Assembly: GCA_964472305.1 (NCBI GenBank)
Contig: CAYYJR010000011.1
Coordinates: 547 to 64,546, forward strand
Length of the DNA stretch: 64,000 bases
Source: an uncultured bacterium
Lineage (GTDB): Bacteria > Armatimonadota > Hebobacteria > CAIYQO01
Reading direction: 5' to 3'
In this document: positions 57,148-64,000 of the stretch, one piece after another
How the letters are laid out: every line of letters begins with the position of its first letter
How positions within the stretch are numbered: the first letter of the stretch is position 1
The notes under the pieces: generated by a model
What the model saw: only the letters and a program-made list of their open reading frames with translations
Told to the model about the DNA's origin: nothing
Database searches by the model: none
Program-made: the position numbers and the translations under genes

Positions 57148-59301
57148 TTATTGAAGGCATACCTCGATCGTCAGCACGTTGCTCTCGCGGTCGGAGCGCT
57201 GTGCCTGGTCGGGTTGTTTGCCGCCGACGGCGAGGCGGTAGGCCCCGGGGAGGATGAGGGATGCGCCATCGTCAGCGGTGAGGGCGAAGGCGTCCGGTGC
57301 CAGCGTGAAGGTGAGCGTGCGCGTTTCGCCGACGTCGAGATGGACGCGCTGGAAGCCGCGAAGCTGGCGCAACGGGGCGGGTACGGCAGGGGCTAGTGCG
57401 TTCAGGTAGAGTTGCGCGACTTCGTCGCCTGCCCGGTCGCCGGTGTTGGTAACATCCACCGTCACCGTCAGCGGGGCGCTCGCGTCCTTGATCGTCGCGC
57501 TGGCGCGCAGGTTGTCATACTGGAAGGTGGTGTAACTCAGTCCGTAGCCGAAGGGATACAGCGGCTCACCGGTGAAGAAGCGATAGGTGCGCTCTGTCAT
57601 GCTGTAATCTTCGAACGGTGGAAGCTGCTCGGTGGACTGGTAGAAGGTCACCGGCAGGCGGCCGCCGGGATTGTAGTCGCCGAAAATGACCTCGGCGATG
57701 GCGGTGCCGCCCTCCTGACCGGGGTACCATGCCTCAATGATGGCGTTCGCGTGCTCGTGCGCCCAACCTAATTCCACCATGCTGCCGTTCAGCAGTACCA
57801 CGATGAACGGTTTGCCGGACTGCTGAATAATCTCCAGCATCGCCTGCTGGCTGGCGGGCAGGCCCAGTCCGGTGCGGTCGCCGGTGCCGCCGCCCGCACC
57901 CTCCTCGCCTTCCAGCATCGCGGAAAGACCGACCACGGCTACGATCAGGTCGGCATATTCGCAGTGTTCATGGGTTTCCCACACGATGTCGTTCGGTCCA
58001 CCGTTCAACGGGCAGCCGTTGGTGTAAAAGACATTGGAGCCCGGGAAGGCACGGCGCACGAGGCCGTCCAGCGGGGTGATGGTGTAGGAAGGCGTGCCGT
58101 TGTAATTGCCCCACTGCACCTCGGCGTTATGCGCATTCGGACCGATCACCGCGATGGTGTTGAATTGTCCGTCGCGCAACGGCAGTAAGCCGTCGTTCTT
58201 CAGCAGCACCAGCGACTCGCGCGCCGCCTGCCGCGCCAGTTCGCGGTGCGCGGCGGAATCGACGACGCTGTAGGGGATCTTCGCGAAAGGCACCAACGCA
58301 TCAGGATCGAACATGCCCAGCTTGAAGCGGGAGGTGAAGAGGTGGGTGAGCGCCACATCCAACGCGGCTTCCGTCAGGAAATCCTTCCGCACCGCTTCGG
58401 TCAATCCCGCATACGCCGCGCCACAGCACAGGTCGCAGCCCGCGCGCACCGCGGCGGCGATGGCCTCTTCCTTGATGCGAAAGAGCTGGTGATGTTCGTA
58501 AATATCCTCCACCGCGCCGCAGTCGGAGACGACGTGACCTTGAAAACCCCATTGCTCGCGCAGGATCTTCTGCAAGAGCGTCGGACTGGCGTTGCACGCC
58601 TCGCCGTTCACCCGGTTGTAGGCGCCCATAATCGCTTCTACCTTCGCTTCCTGCACCAATGCTTTGAAGGCGTAGAGGTAGGTCTCGTGCAGATCGCGGG
58701 CGTTCACGCGGGCGTCGAAATGGTGGCGGGTATGCTCTGGGCCACTGTGCACCGCGTAATGCTTGGCGCAGGCGGCTGTCTTCAGATATCGCGGGTCGTC
58801 GCCTTGCAACCCCTTCACGAAGGCCACCCCCAGGCGCGCGGTGAGGAAGGGGTCTTCGCCGTAGGTTTCCTGCCCACGGCCCCAGCGCGGGTCGCGAAAA
58901 ATATTGATATTCGGTGACCAGAAGGTCAATCCGAAATACCGTTTATGGTACGCGCGCGCGTTGGCATCGTGATATTTCGCGCGCGCCTCATCCGAAGTGG
59001 CTGCCGCCATGCGCTCCACCAGCGGTGTGTTCCAGGTGGCCGACAACCCGATCGCCTGCGGGAAGACGGTGGCAATTCCTGCCCGTCCCACGCCGTGCAG
59101 GCACTCGTTCCACCAATCGTACGGCGCGAGGCCCAGCCGCTCGATGCCGATGGCGGCGTTCACCGTCTGCGACACCTTCTCTTCCAGCGTCATGCGCCCG
59201 ATCAGATCGCGCACGCGTTCGGCGATTGGCAGCGACGGGTTGCGAAACGGGGCATCCGCCGGCGCGGGGGGGAGCGGATTCTGCTCGGTTATCGTGTTCA
59301 T
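57148..59301 (-). CDS. Glycoside hydrolase family 3 beta-glucosidase (BglX-like) with C-terminal Fn3-like domain
   Basis: GH3 N-terminal domain (KHYAVHSGPE, GFQGHVVSDCGAVEDI with the catalytic Asp), C-terminal alpha/beta domain, and Fn3-like tail. 717 aa. Confidence 0.85.
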   Translation of the reverse strand: MNTITEQNPLPPAPADAPFRNPSLPIAERVRDLIGRMTLEEKVSQTVNAAIGIERLGLAPYDWWNECLHGVGRAGIATVFPQAIGLSATWNTPLVERMAAATSDEARAKYHDANARAYHKRYFGLTFWSPNINIFRDPRWGRGQETYGEDPFLTARLGVAFVKGLQGDDPRYLKTAACAKHYAVHSGPEHTRHHFDARVNARDLHETYLYAFKALVQEAKVEAIMGAYNRVNGEACNASPTLLQKILREQWGFQGHVVSDCGAVEDIYEHHQLFRIKEEAIAAAVRAGCDLCCGAAYAGLTEAVRKDFLTEAALDVALTHLFTSRFKLGMFDPDALVPFAKIPYSVVDSAAHRELARQAARESLVLLKNDGLLPLRDGQFNTIAVIGPNAHNAEVQWGNYNGTPSYTITPLDGLVRRAFPGSNVFYTNGCPLNGGPNDIVWETHEHCEYADLIVAVVGLSAMLEGEEGAGGGTGDRTGLGLPASQQAMLEIIQQSGKPFIVVLLNGSMVELGWAHEHANAIIEAWYPGQEGGTAIAEVIFGDYNPGGRLPVTFYQSTEQLPPFEDYSMTERTYRFFTGEPLYPFGYGLSYTTFQYDNLRASATIKDASAPLTVTVDVTNTGDRAGDEVAQLYLNALAPAVPAPLRQLRGFQRVHLDVGETRTLTFTLAPDAFALTADDGASLILPGAYRLAVGGKQPDQAQRSDRESNVLTIEVCLQ

Positions 59302-59664
59302 GGTGGATCATCTCCTTTTGCCCGCATGAGGCGTCACAGTGCATGGATTGCCGCAGCGAGCAGGCCTTCCGCTTATAAATCATCCGGACTGGTGGGCTAC
59401 CGTGTGTTATTCGCGCCCGTTCGACGTCCTCCTGCCGTAAAGGCATGCGGAATGCGGTAAATCTGATCATGGTGTTGGTGCCGGCAATGGGTGTTGCTAC
59501 CTGCGCTCGTAGCGTGCGGCGAGTGAAAGATGCCGGTTTTCGCGGAAACGCTCCGTTACTCAGCAGGACGACCGCCGGCGAACGGGAAAATACATATACC
59601 GGGCCCGGGCTTGCGCCGGCAAGGCGCGGACCGCGGTGTCCTATCTCGAAACAGGGAGCAGGTG

Positions 59665-60819
59665 ATGATGACGCGAGTACGCATGGGGGTGATCGGGGTT
59701 GGGGGCATGGGCTCCTACCACGCCGGGTATCTCGGCGAGGGGAAGATTCAACGTGCGGAGTTGGCCGCCGTGTGCGATATCGATCCGGCGCGCCTGACGC
59801 GCTTCGACGGCGTTGTACCGACGTTTCAGGACAGCGGCGCGTTGATCCGTTCCGGTCTGGTGGACGCGGTGATGATCGCCACCCCGCATTACGGGCATAC
59901 CACTATCGGCATCGATGCGCTGGAGCAAGGACTGCACGTGCTGGTGGAAAAACCGATCTCCGTGCATAAGGCGGATGCCGCGCGGCTCATCGCGGCGCAC
60001 ACCCGGCCCGGCCAACAGTTCGCGGCGATGTTCAACCAGCGCACGGATCCGCATTACATAAAAGTCAAGCAACTCCTCGAGAGCGGCGAGCTTGGCGAAC
60101 TGGTGCGGGTAAACTGGGTCATTACCGACTGGTTCCGCACTGATGCCTACTACGCCAGCGGTGGTTGGCGTGCCACCTGGGGCGGAGAAGGCGGTGGCGT
60201 GCTGCTCAACCAGTGCCCGCACCAGCTCGATCTGTTGCAGTGGATGTGCGGCATGCCGGTGAAAGTGCATGCCTTCTGCGGCTTCGGCAAGTGGCATCAC
60301 ATCGAAGTAGACGATCAGGTGACCGCCTACTTCGAATATGCCAACGGCGCCACCGGCGTCTTCGTGACGACCACCGGCGAGGCGCCCGGCACCAATAGGC
60401 TGGAGATCGCCGGTGAGCGCGGCAAACTGGTTGTCGAGCACAACGCGCTGACCTTCACGCGCAACGAAGTGCCGATGTCCGAATTTCGCCAAGCCGCGAA
60501 AAGCGGTTTTGAGCAACCGACCACCTGGCAGTGCGCGATCTCGGTCCATGGCAATGGCGGGCAGCACCAGGCCGTGACGCAAAATTATGTGGATGCCATT
60601 CTGGACGGCACGCCGCTCATCGCCCCCGCGGCGGAAGGCATTCGCTCGGTCGAGTTGGCGAATGCCATGCTGTATTCCGCGTTCACCGGCGGCACCGTGG
60701 CGCTACCGCTGGATGGGGAGGCGTACGAGGCTGAACTGCAGCGGCGCATCGCGCAGTCGAGTTTCACCAAAACGGTCGTCGCGCAGGATGTGATCGATGT
60801 CGCGAGTTCCTTCCGCTAA
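59665..60819 (+). CDS. Gfo/Idh/MocA-family NAD(P)-dependent oxidoreductase
   Basis: VRMGVIGVGGMGSYHAGYL (Rossmann), EKPIS, and a C-terminal alpha/beta domain. RBS GGGAG 6 nt upstream. The upstream part of the ORF is not translated. Confidence 0.8.
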   Translation: MMTRVRMGVIGVGGMGSYHAGYLGEGKIQRAELAAVCDIDPARLTRFDGVVPTFQDSGALIRSGLVDAVMIATPHYGHTTIGIDALEQGLHVLVEKPISVHKADAARLIAAHTRPGQQFAAMFNQRTDPHYIKVKQLLESGELGELVRVNWVITDWFRTDAYYASGGWRATWGGEGGGVLLNQCPHQLDLLQWMCGMPVKVHAFCGFGKWHHIEVDDQVTAYFEYANGATGVFVTTTGEAPGTNRLEIAGERGKLVVEHNALTFTRNEVPMSEFRQAAKSGFEQPTTWQCAISVHGNGGQHQAVTQNYVDAILDGTPLIAPAAEGIRSVELANAMLYSAFTGGTVALPLDGEAYEAELQRRIAQSSFTKTVVAQDVIDVASSFR

Positions 60820-60869
60820 GAACCGGTGGTCGCGAGAGATCGTGCCGCAACGGAAAAAGGAGAAAAAGT

Positions 60870-61781
60870 ATGGTGTATTTTACCGGGTTTGCCGATGAAG
60901 CCTCGCCCCAGGTTGCGCGGCAGATCGATGCGACGCGGGCGTTGGGCTGGCATTGCATCGAGGCGCGCGGCATGGAAGGCATGAATATCCACGACCTCGA
61001 TCAGGAGACCTTTGCGCGCGCCGCCGACGCGTTGCAGGCGGCGGGCATTCGGGTGAATTGCTTCGGTTCGGCCATCGCCAACTGGAGCAAGCGCATTGAC
61101 GAACCGTTCGACAGCTCGCTGGAAGAAGCGCGGCGCGCCATTCCGCGCATGCAGCGACTGGGTACGCGGCTTATCCGCATCATGAGCTTCGCCGTCTTAC
61201 CCGACCGCGAGGCGGACGATCAACTGGAAGACGAACGTTTCCGCCGCCTGCGCGTGTTGCAGACGATGTTTACCGACGCCGGCATCACCCCGGTGCATGA
61301 GAATTGCATGAATTACGGCGGCATGGGGTGGGGGTATAGCCTGCGCCTGCTGGAGGCGGTGCCCGGATTGAAGCTGGTCTTCGACACCGGCAACCCCGTA
61401 TTCACCGACGACCGCATGCAGCCCAAACCGTACCCGAAGCAGTCGGCATGGGAATTCTACCGTCATGTGAAAGCACACATCGCCTACGTGCACATCAAGG
61501 ATGGCATCTGGGACGCGGCGCAGGAGCAGACGCGCTATACCTTCCCCGGCGAGGGCGATGGCGATGTGCGCCGCATTCTCACCGATCTGCTGGCCTCGGG
61601 TTACGACGGCGGCCTGTCGATTGAGCCGCACCTGGCGGTGGTGCACCACGACGCCTCGGTGCAATCATCCGACGAGATACGCTTCGCCAATTACGTGGAA
61701 TACGGGCGGCGACTGCAGGCGATGGTGGAGGAGATTCAGGCGTCGATACCGCGGGGAAGCGCAGGAGACGCCTCGGAGTAA
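60870..61781 (+). CDS. Sugar phosphate isomerase/epimerase (xylose-isomerase-like TIM barrel)
   Basis: 303 aa with AP_endonuc_2-type barrel motifs (HIKDG, IEPH). RBS AAGGAGAAAAAG. Confidence 0.65.
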   Translation: MVYFTGFADEASPQVARQIDATRALGWHCIEARGMEGMNIHDLDQETFARAADALQAAGIRVNCFGSAIANWSKRIDEPFDSSLEEARRAIPRMQRLGTRLIRIMSFAVLPDREADDQLEDERFRRLRVLQTMFTDAGITPVHENCMNYGGMGWGYSLRLLEAVPGLKLVFDTGNPVFTDDRMQPKPYPKQSAWEFYRHVKAHIAYVHIKDGIWDAAQEQTRYTFPGEGDGDVRRILTDLLASGYDGGLSIEPHLAVVHHDASVQSSDEIRFANYVEYGRRLQAMVEEIQASIPRGSAGDASE

Positions 61782-61814
61782 CTTGACGCCGGATTTTCAC
61801 TGTGCTACATTGGC

Positions 61815-61828
61815 CGGGTCCGGACCCG
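61815..61828. promoter_or_regulatory. Perfect 14-bp palindrome CGGGTCCGGACCCG in the intergenic region between two sugar-isomerase genes (candidate operator)
   Basis: Self-complementary sequence. A related motif, GGGTTCGGACCC, recurs at 63191. Confidence 0.35.
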
Positions 61829-61981
61829 TGCGCGGACGCCCACATTCGCGGGCAGGAATGGCGAGGCTGTGCGAACGATGGCAAGCTGCGACGCATGCCG
61901 GTCACGAGCACATGCAGTGATCCGGGGTGATCTCGACGCAATCCACTATTCGGCTCGTGAGATCCGAAAGGAGAAAACCTG

Positions 61982-62857
61982 ATGAAACTTGGCATTCATG
62001 CGTATGCCTGGTGCGCGCAGTGGAGCAACGACACGCTGCCGCTGATCGATCGGGTGAAACAACTGGGAATGGATTTCATCGAAATCCCCCTGATGTGCCT
62101 GGAGACGTTCGATGCCGTCGCCGTGCGCGCGCGCCTGGAACAGGTTGGCCTGGGAGCCGTCACCTCCACGGTGCTGCTGGGCGATACCGATATCACCAGC
62201 GATGACCCGGCCATCCGTGCCAACGGGGTGGCCTATCTGTGCGCCTGCGTGCGCGCCACTGCCGAAATCGGCGCGCGCAGCTTTTCCGGGGTGATCTATT
62301 CCCAGCATGTCAAACAATTGCCCGCTCGACCGGAGGAGCGGCACTGGCACTACTCGGCGGAATGCCTGCGCGAAGTGGCGCGCGAGGCCGCCGACCTGGG
62401 CGTCGCGATCGGCCTGGAGCCGGTGAACCGCTATGAAACCTGCCTGGTCAATACCTGTGAGCAGGCCGTGCGGTTGAAAGAGATGATCGGTGAACCCAAC
62501 GTGAAGATTCACCTCGATACGTATCATATGAATATCGAGGAGAAGGATTTTTACGAAGCCACGATGCGGGCGGGGCGCGATCTCCTGCATTACCATCTGT
62601 GCGAAAACGACCGGGGAATTCCCGGCACCGGGCTGGTTGACTGGGATGGCATCTTCACCGCGCTGGCGGAAATCAATTACCAGGGGAATGCCGCGCTGGA
62701 GAGTTTCGTCGAGTGCACCGGCAATATGAACACCTGGGTGTGGCGTCAACTGGCGCCGGATGGCGACACCCTGTTGCGCGAAGGCGTGGCATTCATCCGC
62801 CGGAAACAGCAGGAATACGGGTTGCTCGACACACCCGCGACGTCTCTCCCCGCCTGA
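61982..62857 (+). CDS. Sugar phosphate isomerase/epimerase, ketose 3-epimerase-like (xylose-isomerase-like TIM barrel)
   Basis: MKLGIHAYAWCAQWSNDTL..., the metal-ligand pattern E...D...H...E (LEPVNRYE, HLDTYHMNIEE), 291 aa. RBS AAAGGAGAAAA. Confidence 0.7.
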   Translation: MKLGIHAYAWCAQWSNDTLPLIDRVKQLGMDFIEIPLMCLETFDAVAVRARLEQVGLGAVTSTVLLGDTDITSDDPAIRANGVAYLCACVRATAEIGARSFSGVIYSQHVKQLPARPEERHWHYSAECLREVAREAADLGVAIGLEPVNRYETCLVNTCEQAVRLKEMIGEPNVKIHLDTYHMNIEEKDFYEATMRAGRDLLHYHLCENDRGIPGTGLVDWDGIFTALAEINYQGNAALESFVECTGNMNTWVWRQLAPDGDTLLREGVAFIRRKQQEYGLLDTPATSLPA

Positions 62858-63155
62858 CCCTCCCCGGTGGCGTCGCGGATGAAAACGTCATGGTCGGGTA
62901 CGGGGCGCACGCCACGTCGGTTGAGGCGATACGCCTCACCGCGTTGCGGTTCACAGCAAATATCGTATCGGGATCGGATGGGCGGAGTGAGCGTCCATCG
63001 CCTGTCGTCTGGACGGGCAGCTCGGAATGCCGAGTGCCGGAAACGTCGATTGCTACGGCGGCACGAAGCAGATTATTTCCGAAAATGCCGCATAGCCGCA
63101 AGTCAACTGAAGCGAACATTTTACTGAGATATTGACACGACACTTACTCAGCTAC

Positions 63156-63183
63156 TTGACGCCAGCGCGAAAGATGTTATAAT
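63156..63183 (+). promoter_or_regulatory. Sigma-70-like promoter (TTGACG, 16-bp spacer, TATAAT) driving a ~330-nt leader of the prepilin-like gene
   Basis: ttgacgccagcgcgaaagatgtTATAATatcg. A second TTGACA lies 25 nt further upstream. Confidence 0.5.
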
Positions 63184-63190
63184 ATCGTAT

Positions 63191-63230
63191 GGGTTCGGAC
63201 CCACGCGATGATATCATTGCGTCCGAACCC
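63191..63230 (+). other. 40-bp inverted repeat/hairpin at the start of the leader: GGGTTCGGAC-(20 nt containing the palindrome ATGATATCAT)-GTCCGAACCC
   Basis: 10-bp perfect arms. The inner loop carries its own 10-bp palindrome. The left arm matches the motif at 61815. Confidence 0.5.
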
Positions 63231-63514
63231 GGCTGAAGGCAGCATGACCGGCATAAGACTGCCCGGTGGTCTGCTGCGTATCGACCAGTAGGAGTCGTAT
63301 AACTATGTTGGCGGGCGTAACCGATCAAAATTCGTGTATGGCGAAGGCAATTATTGCTAACGGCAACGGCCATCGTTTCTACGCGCCACGGCACGATGCC
63401 GGTTCACATCCCGCCATGTCCGCTGTTCCGGGCACGCTATGCCGGCGGACGACGACAGCTTCATGCTCAAATGGGACAATCAGGTGATCAATTACGTAAA
63501 AGGAGGTTCCCGAA

Positions 63515-64000
63515 TGGTTAGGCAAAAGGTATCACTCCGAGGCTTTACCCTCATCGAACTGCTTGTAGTGATAGCCATCATCGCTATCCTGGCAGCAATT
63601 CTCTTTCCGGTATTTTCCAAGGCTCGCGCCAAGGCTTACCAGAATGTGTGTCTGAACAATCAGCGCCAGTTGGCGCTGGGTATCCTGACTTACAGCCAGG
63701 ATAACGAAGAGACGCTTCCGTATCCCCCGAAATGGGTGGCGGCCACCGGACTCAGCAGTGATTCGAAGGTGTTCAACTGTCCGGTCAGTTCCGAAGACGG
63801 CATGCCGTCCGCGCCGGATTACGGGTACAACTCATGGCTGTTTGATGAAGTCGACGGCGTAAAAGTCGGCGCGGCGTACGGCAACATTCAGCGTCCGGAA
63901 GCCACGGTAATACTCGTGGATGCGTATGGGACGACCGCTCCGACCGCGGACAGCGCCAACCCGTTTGGGTCGAGTCCCACCGTCAATTCATTGACCGGCA
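63515..64000 (+). CDS. Prepilin-type N-terminal cleavage/methylation-domain protein, DUF1559 (H-X9-DG)-like, 3'-partial
   Basis: [41 protein letters not shown] is the class-III signal/pseudopilin N-terminus typical of the abundant DUF1559 proteins of Planctomycetota/Armatimonadota. The ORF runs off the window end. Confidence 0.75.

Noticed and set aside
1-64000. CRISPR arrays, tRNA/rRNA genes, IS elements/transposases, integrases, phage genes
   Set aside because: No short regularly spaced direct repeats, no cloverleaf-like conserved tRNA boxes in the intergenic spacers, and no DDE/serine/tyrosine recombinase motifs were seen in any ORF. Composition is uniform apart from short AT-rich promoter islands, so there is no evidence for a mobile or horizontally acquired island.

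Overview
This is a 64-kb high-GC (about 62%) chromosomal segment with roughly 45 densely packed genes on both strands. I found no rRNA, tRNA, CRISPR array or obvious IS/transposase. The organism appears to be a diderm bacterium: the window holds a beta-barrel porin ending in Phe and a Planctomycetota/Armatimonadota-style DUF1559 prepilin-like gene.

Recognisable content:
- A complete phosphate (Pho) locus on the minus strand: phoB-phoR, an OprP-like porin, pstSCAB-phoU and a PiT transporter, with candidate 11-bp-periodic Pho boxes upstream of the porin and pstS.
- Housekeeping genes: topA with C-terminal zinc ribbons, gatC, nadB, a pabB-pabC fusion, addB and nagA.
- A carbohydrate cluster: a GH3 beta-glucosidase, a Gfo/Idh/MocA oxidoreductase and three xylose-isomerase-like TIM-barrel genes.
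- Three paralogous URO-D/MtaA-like genes.
- O-antigen-type genes (an RfbH-like gene, an epimerase) and a BshA-like GT4 glycosyltransferase.

Most notable observations:
1. An apparent operon at 46.4-54.0 kb. A lone GspF/PilC-like membrane protein is translationally coupled to a group-3 sigma factor that is fused to a degenerate GGDEF domain with an intact RxxD I-site, suggesting a directly c-di-GMP-sensing sigma factor. This is followed by a 1.6-kaa secreted protein with a SpoIVB-like (S55) serine-peptidase domain in apparently permuted order, a Reg_prop beta-propeller and Ig-like domains. A second degenerate GAF-GGDEF protein flanks the locus.
2. A single 1050-aa ORF fusing GTP-dependent PEP carboxykinase to an AspC-like class-I aminotransferase.
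3. An orphan addB with no adjacent addA.
4. Two paralogous small secreted proteins plus a cupredoxin, divergent from phoB.
5. A GGGTyCGGACCC palindromic motif shared by two intergenic regions of the sugar cluster.

All calls rest on reading the translated ORFs and the DNA directly. Start codons were chosen by RBS and frame arithmetic and may be off by a few codons.
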